Source: the human T2T-CHM13v2.0 reference genome, Homo sapiens
Strand: one strand, 5' to 3'
Assembly (NCBI RefSeq): GCF_009914755.1
Contig: NC_060925.1
DNA length: 64,000 bases
The position numbers and the translations under genes are program-made. Under the pieces are notes generated by a model. It saw nothing but the letters and a program-made list of their open reading frames with translations. It was not told the origin of the DNA and did no database searches. This document shows, one piece after another, positions 1 through 18,396 of this stretch; position 1 is the stretch's first letter, and every line of letters starts with the position of its first letter.

Positions 1-7
1 AACATAT

Positions 8-12
<5 letters not shown>

Positions 13-61
<49 letters not shown>
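13..61. repeat. (GT)n microsatellite upstream of HPDL
   Basis: Uninterrupted GT run of about 24 units. Confidence 0.97.
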
Positions 62-63
<2 letters not shown>

Positions 64-279
64 TCCAGGGAACATTAAGACTTAGAGGCAAACTCCAGAA
101 CTTAAAGAAAAAACATGAAAGTGCTAAAAAATTCCGTGCTTGTGGAGAGAGAATTCCAACTCTTTCCCTGAACCCGGGCTGAGTCCCTTCGCTGTGAGGT
201 TGGGGGGATGAGTGGGAGCCCAGTGCCTGGCGCCGAGTGAAGGCAGCCATTGTGAGTTCCTGGGCTGGGGAAGGGAGGC

Positions 280-1820
<1,541 letters not shown>

Positions 1821-2039
1821 GGATGCCCAGGGCTGGGTGCAGCCAGCTGTCCTGCAGCTCTGGGGAGACCAGCACAGAACTGAGGAACATCTGCAGGAGG
1901 CCCAACTAGTGAAAGGCTTTGCCTCCGGGGGGCAGGTGTGACTTCCATTTCATCAGTGCCTGCCAGAAGCTGTGTCTCTCATTGGGCTCCAAAGAGGTGG
2001 GATTTTTTAAAACTAAAACATTTCTTATATACAGTCTAT

Positions 2040-2070
2040 AATAAATATGTAAGATACAAAGAACAATAAA
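2040..2070 (+). terminator. HPDL: HPDL polyadenylation signals
   Basis: AATAAA at 2040-2045 and 2065-2070, about 220-250 nt after the stop. Confidence 0.75.
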
Positions 2071-2654
2071 AGAATTACACACTAGGAAATAGAACATAAC
2101 CAATACTTTCGAGTCCTCCCTGTGTCCCGCTGTGATTCTATTTCCTCCCACCCACTCCTCAAATCCTGTCATTATTAGCCCTTTGCTTTTCTGTATTGTT
2201 TCACTCCGTATGTAACATAACCCTAAATAAATTATTTCGTATTTGAGGTAGGAATTTAAAACAGAACAAATCTTCTCCTGTGCTTCCTCTCCCCCTAGGG
2301 AGCGACCACTGCAGGTGGGGAGGGGCTGGGTGAGAGTTGAGCCCAACTACCTACTCCAGAGTGATGCCACCACTCCAATTAGAGCTGACCTGAGACGTAA
2401 ACAGAGGGTGTTGTGTGTCAGCCACTGGCAGGTTCTCCCTGTAGCTGCCTTGCCTTTCTCCTGGGGGTTGGAGGGCAGATCAGTCTGGACAGAACACCCC
2501 CACTCCAACCCCATCTGCCCGGGGCTGGCTGGGAGTTCAGCCAGAGAAAGTCAGAACCAAGCAGAACGTCACCACTTTTCTGGGTCCCTCCCTCAGATAT
2601 AAGGGGTGAGGGGGCTAGGGAGAGGGTGGAAGGCTGTCCAAAATAGCTACAAAA

Positions 2655-2800
2655 GGGCGGGCGTGGTGGCTCATGCCTGTAATCCAAGCACTTTAGGAGG
2701 CTGAAGTGGGAGAATCACTTGAGGCCAGAATCACCTGAGTTCGAAACCAGTCTGAGCAACATAGCGAGACCCCCATCTCAAAAAAATACAACATAAAATA
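2655..2800 (+). mobile_element. Alu left monomer (FLAM/AluJ-like)
   Basis: GGCGGGCGTGGTGGCTCATGCCTGTAATCC...GAGACCCCCATCTC plus A-rich tail. Confidence 0.85.
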
Positions 2801-2817
2801 ACTACAAAAATAAGCAC

Positions 2818-2823
2818 TTTACT
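2818..2823 (-). terminator. MUTYH: MUTYH poly(A) signal, AGTAAA variant
   Basis: AGTAAA on the minus strand 40 nt after the stop, followed by a U/GU-rich tract. Confidence 0.65.
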
Positions 2824-2862
2824 AACAACAGGATTCTCAGGGAATGGGGGCTTTCAGAGGTG

Positions 2863-3090
<228 letters not shown>

Positions 3091-3507
3091 CTAGCTAGGC
3101 TTAGCCTGGAATGCTGTAGAGCTTTCATCCTGCCTCAAGTATCTGCCCCATCAATCAACCCTCCAAAAGGCTGCCTGAGGGAATCGAATTGTCCTAAAAA
3201 TGCAAATCTGACTCCTCTCTCCTCCACCTAAAATGAGTCAGCAGCCTAGGGCTCACACCCTGACTGACCCAGCAGGCCCTGCTGACCTTTCCAGCTAAAC
3301 CAACTGCTCACAGCTCCTTGAGCACTGCAGCCTGCACTGGGCTCCACCTTTGCTCACACTACTCTTGGGACTGGAAAGAACATCGCTACGGTTGATTCCC
3401 CTCCCAAACCTGAAGAAAAGGATTCATTTCTAGGACGAAGATTACCAGCTGCTTCCTCCAAACAGCCTTTCCTGATCCGTCTCCCAATTAGAACTGATAG
3501 CTCCCAT

Positions 3508-3808
<301 letters not shown>

Positions 3809-4071
3809 GAACTGATGGCTCCACAATTCATATCCCACAAAACTCAGTACAGGCATTTCACACACCTGTGACACTGGAGAGTCCTCATCATTTTTTTCCT
3901 TTCCCTCTACCCTGCACCCCACAATGGAAGGTCTCCAGGTCAAGAACTATTCCTCCCTCCAGTGAAGCCTGGAGTGGAGAATGTTCACCCAGACATTCGT
4001 TAGTTAACTGACTAAAAACCTATGGACTCAGGCCTGGGGAGACACGGTTGGGAGAGGCCTAGGAGACTTAC

Positions 4072-4113
4072 CATACAGGTCCCTGGCTGTTGGCCCTGAT
4101 ACACACGGAAAAC
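4072..4113 (-). CDS. MUTYH: MUTYH exon 15
   Basis: ctag|GTTTTCCGT...TGTATG|gtaagt; 42 nt. Confidence 0.97.
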
Positions 4114-4189
4114 CTAGACAAGAAGACAGGGAGGTGAGGGCTGGCACTTTTTCCAAAAGAGATAAACCGGTGTTCTGCCCTTAACTTCA

Positions 4190-4649
<460 letters not shown>

Positions 4650-4683
4650 TGCTTTTTTTCCTGTTTACACAGTAATATATTCA

Positions 4684-4902
<219 letters not shown>

Positions 4903-4975
4903 TCAAGGGGTTCAAATAGGCCTGTGGATATAGCCTCAAAAGCCAACATCCTTGGCTATTCCGCTGCTCACTTAC

Positions 4976-5112
4976 CTCCCCAAGGTGCCGGAGGTGCGTG
5001 GCTGGGAGGGGCCCAGCCCAACGCTGTAGTTCCTGCAGCAGGGCCTTGCGCTGAAGCTGCTCTGAGGGCTCCCAGGTCACGGACGGGAACTCCCACAGTC
5101 CTGCCAGCAGAC
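4976..5112 (-). CDS. MUTYH: MUTYH exon 13 ([10 protein letters not shown])
   Basis: ctcag|GTCTGCTG...GGGGAG|gtaagt; 137 nt. Confidence 0.97.
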
Positions 5113-5142
5113 CTGAGAGGGAGGGCAGCCAGGCAGGGGTCA

Positions 5143-5448
<306 letters not shown>

Positions 5449-5578
5449 TTAGGGGCCAACCTAGAGAGTGGGCTTTGGCCGGGTTCTGCAGAATCTTACT
5501 CAGGTTAGAGGAAGAACTGGAATGGGGCTTCTGACTGGGCCAGGAAGGGTTGGGGTGGGGGCTAGGTTTGGTGCTCAC

Positions 5579-5642
5579 CACACTCCTCCACGTCAGGACT
5601 GCCCGACAGGCTCCCTGAGGCTAAGAGCTGTTCCTGCTCCAC
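5579..5642 (-). CDS. MUTYH: MUTYH exon 11
   Basis: VEQEQLLASGSLSGSPDVEEC; 64 nt; AG/GT ends. Confidence 0.96.
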
Positions 5643-5721
5643 CTGAGAGGCACAGGGTTGAGTGTCATAGGGCAGAGTCACTCCTTAGGACTTCTCACTG
5701 CCCCTTCCCCAGTAGGCTTAC

Positions 5722-5866
5722 TCTCTGGCGTGCCCGGCACAGGCTCTCCACAGGGCACTGGCTGCACAGTGGGCGCTGTGGGGTACACACTGTGGCCCCT
5801 AGCTCCATGGCTGCTTGGTTGAAATCTCCTGGCCGGGCTGGGTCCACCAGCTGCTGGGCTAGACCC
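5722..5866 (-). CDS. MUTYH: MUTYH exon 10 (4Fe-4S motif)
   Basis: [17 protein letters not shown] = C-x6-C-x2-C-x5-C; 145 nt. Confidence 0.98.
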
Positions 5867-5945
5867 CTAAAAGAAGGGAACACTGCTGTGAAGCAGAGCT
5901 CCTTTGCAGACACCCCTGAAGCACCCTTGTTACCCCAACATCCTA

Positions 5946-6261
<316 letters not shown>

Positions 6262-6270
6262 TCAAGATTA

Positions 6271-6402
<132 letters not shown>

Positions 6403-6473
6403 TCAGAGGTCAAAGAGATCACCCGTCAGTCCCTCTATCGTTCCTATTTCCCCTACCCTAGGGTGGCTCTCAC

Positions 6474-6515
6474 CTCCAGGGAAGCACTGGCCAGGTCCTG
6501 CAGTGTAGGCCACTT
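6474..6515 (-). CDS. MUTYH: MUTYH exon 6
   Basis: KWPTLQDLASASLE; 42 nt. Confidence 0.97.
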
Positions 6516-6607
6516 CTATAGCCACAGGCAGGCAGAAAGAGACAAGGTCAAGGGTGAAGGTGGTAGAGGAAGCCTTCTCTACACCCACCCCAAAGTAGAG
6601 GCTCTCA

Positions 6608-6823
<216 letters not shown>

Positions 6824-6840
6824 TCAGGAGATGTACTGAC

Positions 6841-7166
<326 letters not shown>

Positions 7167-7570
7167 TCAGGGTCTTGGGACACAGCAGCCTGTGGCAGTA
7201 TGCTCCCACTTAGGGCTTCCCCCAACTAACCCCCTTAAGCTTTGGAGCTGGAGTCAGACCAGAGTTATGTAATTGTGTGTAGCTGTGGCTAAGTTTCTGG
7301 CCTTAATTTTCTCAGGGTGGTACTACTGGCTTGTCTCTGAGCCATAATGAAAACCTAATAGTTTTAGCCAGCTAGAATGTATACTGGTGCAGGACCTTCC
7401 TATTCACAAAACACTTTCAGGCTCATAAACTCATTTGGTCCCATGAAAGCCACATGAGGGAGGAAATGCTGAACTACTGCTCCATTTTACTGGTAAGAAA
7501 GCAGCCATTCAGAGCAATTGTCCCAATGTCACACAGCAATACAGTCAGAATTACACCCTCAGTGAGTCTC

Positions 7571-7866
<296 letters not shown>

Positions 7867-7878
7867 TGATACGTATCA

Positions 7879-8151
<273 letters not shown>

Positions 8152-9130
8152 TCATCCACCATTCACATGGGGTCCAGCTTCTCTCAAGCACTCTCAAGAT
8201 GCTCACGGGTTTACTCTTGGCTGGCTGCAGCACTGAGATACAACTAGTATAGCTGAGCAAGTGGCCTCAAGGGGGCCGGCGTTACAGCCCTGGAGACATG
8301 CAAAGACTGTGAGGCCAGGGCTGGGATGGGTCAAGGATGAAAGCCTCCTGTTTGGGAGCATTTGTGTATCTCTGATGCTTACTGTGACTGTGTGTGTGGA
8401 TAGGGGTTGTTTAGGTGTGTCTGGGAGAATGGGGGTAGGCGGTTTCTCTGCCTCTTAGAGATGTAGCATGGTTACACTGAAACAGCCTGTAGTAGTCATT
8501 AAGTCCAAAACCTTCATTTTATCCTAGAAGAAACCAAGGATCAGAGGGACAAAAGATCTGTCTGAGAACAGATGGCAAATCAGTGGGAGAACAGAGATTA
8601 GCTATTTTTATTCCTAATCTAGTAAACCATAGGTGGCTGACCATCAACAATGAGAAAATGTGCCTGGTTGATTTTCACTGCTCCCTAACTGTTATAATGG
8701 CCGCCTTTTCTCTAACAGCTAAAATTAGTTGATATTTTGTGAGTGCCTACTCTATGTCAGACCCCATGAAGAGCTTTACCGGATCTCTCAATCTCCTGGT
8801 GACTCTATGAGGTATGTACTAGTATCACCTCCACCTTAGTTATAAGGAAATTGAGGTTTATGGAGATTAAGCGACTTGTTCTTTCAAATCCACGACCAGC
8901 ATTCTTATACTGTGATAAAATGCAGTCCCTGCTAAGCCTCTGTATCAAACTCTCCCCCCAAACCTTTGACTTTACCACCTCATTTTCATCAAAAGAGCTT
9001 GCCTCCTCCTTCAGAAAAAAAAAAACCAACTTCAAATCTACCTCCATTTGCACTGTCTTACCCTCCTCCTCTTCAGGGTCCTGCTCCTCCAATCCCGTCT
9101 AACTGTTGGAACTCAGAAACTAATACCCCA

Positions 9131-9390
9131 GGCCAGGCACGGTGGCTCATGCCTGTAATCCCAACACTGCGGGAGGCTAAGGCAGGCAGATCACTTGAGG
9201 CCAGGAGTTCGAGACCAGCCTGGCCAACATGGCGAAACCCCATCTCTACTAAAAATCCAAAAAAATTAGCCAGACGTGCTCGCTTGAACCCAGGAGGCAG
9301 AGCTTGCAGTGAGCTGAGATCATGCCACTGCACAGCCTGGGCAACAAAGACAGAGCAAGACTCTGTCTCAAAAAAAAAGAAAAGAAAAGA
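9131..9390 (+). mobile_element. Alu with internal right-arm deletion
   Basis: TSD AGAAACYAATACCCCA on both sides; TTAGCCAGACGTG joins directly to CTCGCTTGAACC. Confidence 0.9.
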
Positions 9391-9909
9391 AACCAATACC
9401 CCAAAATATGGCCCTCTGACATGCTGAACTCAAGAAGCCGCAAGGTCTCTCTGATCCTTCCACCCCAGACTCTCCCAAAGCCAGGATAAAGTTGTTCTCT
9501 GGAACTCTTTATCTGCCTAAAGTCCAAACTCACTAAAAAGAATACTTGTTTTTTCTTCCCCTCCCAATAAGACTAACATGTAACCACACCTGAACAAACC
9601 CTTTCACAGGTATTGTGTACCTCAGGATCACTCAAATTCCAAAGAGAACTATTAACAAGTCAACCTCTGTCCCCATTCCATTCTCTCTAGTAATCCTTTA
9701 TTGCCCTTCAACAGAATCTCCTTCTGGCCAAAGTTCGGTTTATTTAAAAACAAATAGAGCTGGACATGCTGGCTCAGGCCTGTAATCCCAGCACTTTGGG
9801 AGGCCAAGGCAGGAGGATTACTTGAGCCCAGGAGTTCGAGATTAGGCTTGCAACATAGCAAGACCCCGTCTCTACAAAAACAGAAAAACAGAATTTCTCT
9901 TCTACCCCT

Positions 9910-10347
9910 TGTCAGGCCTCTGAGCCCAAGCTAAGCCATCATATCCTCAGTAACCTGCACTTATACATCCAGATGGCCTGAAGCAACTGAAGATCTACAA
10001 AAGAAGTGAAAATAGCCTTAACTGATGACATTCCACCACTGTGATTTGTTTCTGCCCCACGCTAACTGATCAATGTACTTGGTAATCTCCCCCCCACCCT
10101 TAAGAAGGTTCTTTATAATCTCCCCACCCTTGAGAATGTACTTTGTGAGATCCACCCCCTGCCCCCAAAACATTGCTCTTAACTCCAATGCCTATCCCAA
10201 AACCTATAAGAACTAATGATAATTCCACCACCCTTTGCTGACTCCTTTTTTTCAGACTCAGCCTGTCTGCACCCAGGTGAAATAAACAGCCTTGTTGCTC
10301 AGACAAAGCCTGTTTGGTGGTCTCTTCACATGGACACACGTGAGACA
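9910..10347 (+). mobile_element. HERV-H solo LTR (LTR7 family)
   Basis: TGTCAGGCCTCTGAGCCCAAGCTAAGCC start, ...GGTCTCTTCACATGGACACACGTGAGACA end; 5-bp TSD CCCCT (9905-9909, 10348-10352); TATAA about 10205; AATAAA 10281. Confidence 0.92.
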
Positions 10348-10703
10348 CCCCTCCCATAATCTGTTTTGCCAGATGGTATATAAACTCACGAACTCTGTAG
10401 GGAGATGGGTAATCACTTTATGGTTCTCCCAATGTGCATGTTAATAAATTTGTATGCCTTTTCTCCAGTTAACCTGCCTTTTGTGAGCTGATTTTTCAGC
10501 AGATCTTCAGAGGGCAAAGGGAAAGATTTTCCCCTTGGCTCGTAACACAATCACATCCCACCCTCCTTCCCTTCATAGCCAAACTTCCTTCACCAAACCT
10601 GCTTACTTCCACATTCATTCTACAATCTATTCTCCAAAGAGCAAAGGAATCTTTTCCAGATCACGTCACTTCCTTCCTTATAACCTTCAATGGTTTCCCA
10701 TTC

Positions 10704-13070
<2,367 letters not shown>

Positions 13071-13455
13071 TAGGAACCTCTTTCAAATTCAATCACCCTC
13101 TAGGTCGACTATACCGCCTAGCTGCTTCACAATTTGTCCCTTCCTCGCCATCCATACTGCCAGCCTTAATTCAAGTTCACATTATCACTTGATTGGATTA
13201 TTACAAAAGCTTCCCTACCAATCGGTCGCTCTTACACCCTGGGCAGCCTCCTCCGATGGCCCACTCCCCGCCTCTTTCACTTTCTGGAGATCACTGAGCT
13301 CTCCATCCTCTCTGGGAATTTACCGATGCCCAGAACGCCCTTCTTTCCCCCACACGACCCTCTCCTAGTCTAACTCCTGGGCGTGCTTTAAGCTCAGCTC
13401 AGGCAGCGTCACCTTCTCTGGAAAGCCCAAACCCAGCCACCCCACTACCCCCTAC

Positions 13456-13620
13456 CCGCGGCCCACGCTGATGAAGACAGCAGAACACGGAGGCCCCGCG
13501 TTCCCGCCGCGAGAGCAGGAGAGAAAGATTACCTCCCGCGAGCTCTAGCGCGCCCGGCTTTCCGGCGCACTCCAGGGGGCGTGGCTCGGGTCCACCCGGG
13601 CTGCGAGCCGGCAGCACAGG
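13456..13620 (-). other. MUTYH: MUTYH alternative non-coding first exons (beta/gamma types); 5' limit approximate
   Basis: Minus-strand donors GGGAG|gtaatc (exon end 13533) and GCGG|gtaggg (exon end 13456); nuclear isoforms are known to start at the exon 2 ATG. Confidence 0.65.
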
Positions 13621-13775
13621 CCAATAGGCAATTAGCGCGCGCCAGGCTGCCTTCCCCGCGCCGGACCCGGGACGTCTGAACGGAAGTTCGACCCATCGGC
13701 GACCCGACGGCGAGACCCCGCCCCATCCCCGACTGCCTGAACCGCGCCAGGAGACGGACCGCAAGTCCAGCGTAC

Positions 13776-13811
13776 CCACAGACGACTCAGGCGGGAGACG
13801 AGCGGTGTCAT
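13776..13811 (-). CDS. MUTYH: MUTYH exon 1-alpha CDS (mitochondrial leader MTPLVSRLSRLW)
   Basis: ATGACACCGCTCGTCTCCCGCCTGAGTCGTCTGTGG|gtacgc; 36 nt. Confidence 0.96.
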
Positions 13812-13861
13812 GGCCGCCGACAGTGACGATGGCGCAGTTTCAGCTCCCGCAGCTTCCGACG
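13810..13861 (+). CDS. TOE1: TOE1 exon 1 CDS (MAADSDDGAVSAPAASD)
   Basis: gtcATGGCC...GACG|gtgagc; 52 nt. Confidence 0.95.
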
Positions 13862-14629
13862 GTGAGCGGCTTCCCAGAGGTAGCCTTCAAAGCCTCTGCG
13901 CTCTGGGAGAGGGGAAGGCCTCGGGCTCATAGTTCTAGAGGCTCCTCAAGCTTCAGAGGACTGCTCCTTCCGCCTGAACTAGCCACGAGGAGACTACAAG
14001 TTCCGTTGTACACCGCGGCTCCGGCTGCAAAAGCCTGGAGCGTTGGGAGCATGGGGCTGATGGAGGCATGGCGGGAGATGTAGTCTGGAGCTCATAACGG
14101 TTAGTAGTAATAGTTGTGATTCAGTTCAGTGGAGTGGATTGAGCGTTGTGATCCAAAGGAAGGTAGGACGTATTGGGAGCTCTGGTGTGGGGCACTGCCA
14201 GGCTCTGGGGCTTACTGGGAGCTGTTGCTTGTGGCGCTGGGGCACCATGAGAACAGTAGTATGGATCCCTGTGGGATATTAAGGGAGCTGAGATCCTCAA
14301 GCCCTACAAAATGTTTCCTGCAGGACATGGGAAAAAAGAATCAAAGGTCGTCTAGTCCAACTTTCTCCTCTACAGATTGTGAAAGCGAGGTGGGAAGTAA
14401 TTTACCCAGGCTCATACAAGCCAGTAGAAGACTCAGGCTTCCTCTCCCCAAATTCAGGGCATTCTCCACTCCAAGGCCTGTGTGTAGAACACGTGGGTTA
14501 CAAAGGCTTGTGGGAAAAGCTACCAATGGAAACTACCCCCCTTACCACCATCACCGTGGCCTAGCTTGGTGTCTGTTCCCCTGGGCTCTTTCCTTAAGCA
14601 TGAACATCCATCACCCTCCTAACCCCCAG

Positions 14630-14772
14630 GTGGTGTCAGCAAAAGCACAACATCTGGGGAGGAGCTAGTAGTCCAGGTTCCCGTAGTGGATGTGCAAAGC
14701 AACAACTTCAAGGAGATGTGGCCATCCCTCCTGCTAGCCATAAAGACAGCTAATTTCGTGGCTGTGGACACG
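14630..14772 (+). CDS. TOE1: TOE1 exon 2 (ends FVAVDT, first DEDD Asp)
   Basis: 143 nt; AG/GT ends. Confidence 0.96.
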
Positions 14773-14859
14773 GTGAGAGTTGGGAAACAAGGAGGGCAGG
14801 TGGTTGTGAAGGGGCTGGTGCTAGAGGCCTGTCACAACTCTCCCTTTACCTACCCACAG

Positions 14860-14900
14860 GAGCTGAGTGGGCTTGGGGACAGGAAGAGTTTGCTGAACCA
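14860..14900 (+). CDS. TOE1: TOE1 exon 3 ([13 protein letters not shown])
   Basis: 41 nt; cacag|GAG...CCA|gtaagt. Confidence 0.96.
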
Positions 14901-15000
14901 GTAAGTATAAGCCCTTTTCTCTTTAGTGCCAGCCCTCAACTGTGGAGTGGGGGGGTCACAGACCTGGGTGGTTTGGGTCCTTCATAAGGCTAACTCCTAG

Positions 15001-15129
<129 letters not shown>

Positions 15130-15244
15130 TGAGCTGATCTCACCCCAATCCTAGGTGTGGCTGTGGGGTGGAGGGTAGAGAGATTCTAGGGAACATCAGA
15201 TAGGAAGCATTTCTCTCCCAAATCTTTTTTTTTGACTTGATAGT

Positions 15245-15470
15245 TTTTTTTTTTTTATTTGAATAGGTTTATGGGGAACAGGTGGTGTTTGGTTAAATGA
15301 GTAAGTTCTTTAGTGGCAATTTCTGAGATTTTGGTGCACCTATCACCCAGTGTACACTGTGCCCAATGCGTAGTCTTTTATCCCTCACCTGCCTCCATCC
15401 TTTCCCCCCTGAGTCCCCAGAGTCCATTGTATCATTCTTAAGCTTTTGCATCCTCCTAGCTTGGCTCTCT
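15245..15470 (-). mobile_element. L1PB-like 3' end fragment in TOE1 intron 4
   Basis: T tract then GTTCTTTAGTGGCAATTTCTGAGATTTTGGTGCACC...GTCCATTGTATCATTCTT; same family as 60070-60590. Confidence 0.75.
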
Positions 15471-15472
15471 GA

Positions 15473-15673
<201 letters not shown>

Positions 15674-15940
15674 TAGCCTCCCTAGCCTTGAGTCTGCCCT
15701 TTCTGTGACTTTATTTCTTCCTACCCTAGGCTGGATGTCTGGGGAGAATCTGCTTCTTAGGGAGTATGGGGAATCACTAGTGACAGGGCTTGGGAAACAA
15801 GACTGGTATGAGGAGGGTGGGCAGCATTGGGTAAGGTAGAGAGAGAGCGTTCCAAGTGGGGAAGTCTGGGATAAGTGCCCAGCAGAAGAGGCTCCCTGGG
15901 GGACTCTGTCCTCCTCATTGACCCCTTTACTTTCATCTAG

Positions 15941-16201
<261 letters not shown>

Positions 16202-16370
16202 TGAGGAAATGGTTGAGGGAAAGGGGTGGGGCCTGATACGAGTTTATTTCATTCACTTAAGATATTTATTGAGCTCCTACCATGTGCCCAGGCAGTGTTT
16301 TAGGTGCTGAGGATTCAGCAGTGAACAAAACAGACCACAAAACCCTGCTCTTATGGAGCTTATATGCTAG

Positions 16371-16616
<246 letters not shown>

Positions 16617-16638
16617 TAAGCCTCTTTCCCACCCCTAG

Positions 16639-17259
<621 letters not shown>

Positions 17260-17455
17260 TGCAACTTCCACCTTGCTCTCAGGTGGAACAGAGGTATTTT
17301 GGGTCTCTCTAGCCTGAAATGTCATCCTCAACTGCTACTGAGTTTAGGGGAGGGGGAATGTCTTGACAGACATCACTGCATTGCCCTGGACCGCCTCCTT
17401 TATCCCAGTGTTTGAGGTACAAGTAAGAAGGCTGACCAGCACCTGTAACACTGAC

Positions 17456-17461
17456 TTTATT
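17456..17461 (-). terminator. TESK2: TESK2 poly(A) signal
   Basis: AATAAA on the minus strand about 940 nt after the TESK2 stop. Confidence 0.75.
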
Positions 17462-18396
17462 TTTAAGTCTGAAAATGTCTTGGGAAAGTTTTACAAAAAA
17501 AAAAATCAACAGAAGCAAGTTATGAAAATATTTGACCAGCTTCATCTTTGGTTATTTCTTATTGCAGCTCTGTAAGGACAGACTGTTCCCAAAGCTCCAG
17601 CCATGGCAGGAAGGGAAGCAAATCAGTCCCTGTATAAACCATTTAACCAATTGAATGTATCACATGTTGATAAATACATAGAAGCAGGCCCTAGGGCCTA
17701 CAAAACCAGCCCCACTCCCAACCACAAGGTTGAAAGTCTTATGGGGCAGAACATTAAGACTCCTTTATAAATATGAAAATAGATTAATCAACAGGAAAAG
17801 GTCTTTGAATAGGTTAGCTAAGAGCCATTACCACCACGCTGCCTTGCTGTCCCCTTGCATAGAAATGTAGTGACGTGGTCTGACCATGCAGTAAGTGCAA
17901 ACAGCAATTACTCAAATGTCTTAGAATACTGGCAAGAAGCACCCCAATATTCAGGTCTGGGAAACAGCCATGACCATTACGGCCTCTTGATCAGCTCCAT
18001 GTTCCACTCAGTAGCTTATATGCCCCAAGAAAAGGCAAGAGACAGACCTGGGGTGGGGAAAGAACCGGGGTAATAGCTGCCTGCCAGCTCAGCCTAGAAC
18101 TAGACATCCTCTGGTCCTATCTGGGGAAGTACACTGGAGAGGGTCTGGTGGGAGGCAGACCTCCTTGCTGGATTTCAGAGGCTTGGTATCAGCTGTTGGC
18201 CCTAACTAGGAAGGCCTCTCACTGCTGCCTCCCGTCATACACAGCCAATGGGCACTGGGAGCCCAGAAGTTGAGCCTGGCTTGGCCTAGCCTGCCTGCTC
18301 TGTAGGCTCCAGGGAAGAATCAAGGCTGTGCACCTAGGGGGCCATATGGTTTCAGCTGAAGGTCCATCCCCAAGGTGAGGCAGGGACTAAACCCCC

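Larger units (their letters stand above)
9104..10547 (+). mobile_element. MER39-like ERV1 solo LTR interrupted by two Alus and an LTR7
   Basis: Begins TGTTGGAACTCAGAAAC..AATACCCCAAAATATGG; own TATA about 10377 and AATAAA 10443; ends ...TTCCCCTTGGCTCGTAACA. Confidence 0.7.
13400..14300. promoter_or_regulatory. Overlapping bidirectional CpG-island promoter of MUTYH and TOE1
   Basis: CpG-rich; CCAAT 13621; ETS CGGAAGT 13681; ACTACA-nn-TCCC motifs at 13993 (+) and 14066-14085 (-). Confidence 0.88.

Noticed and set aside
14129-14668. 179-aa ORF in TOE1 intron 1
   Set aside because: GTG start, out of frame with TOE1 exon 2, no family resemblance
17871-17878. TGACGTGG (CRE/UPRE-like) in the TESK2 3'UTR
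   Set aside because: Single 8-mer with no supporting context
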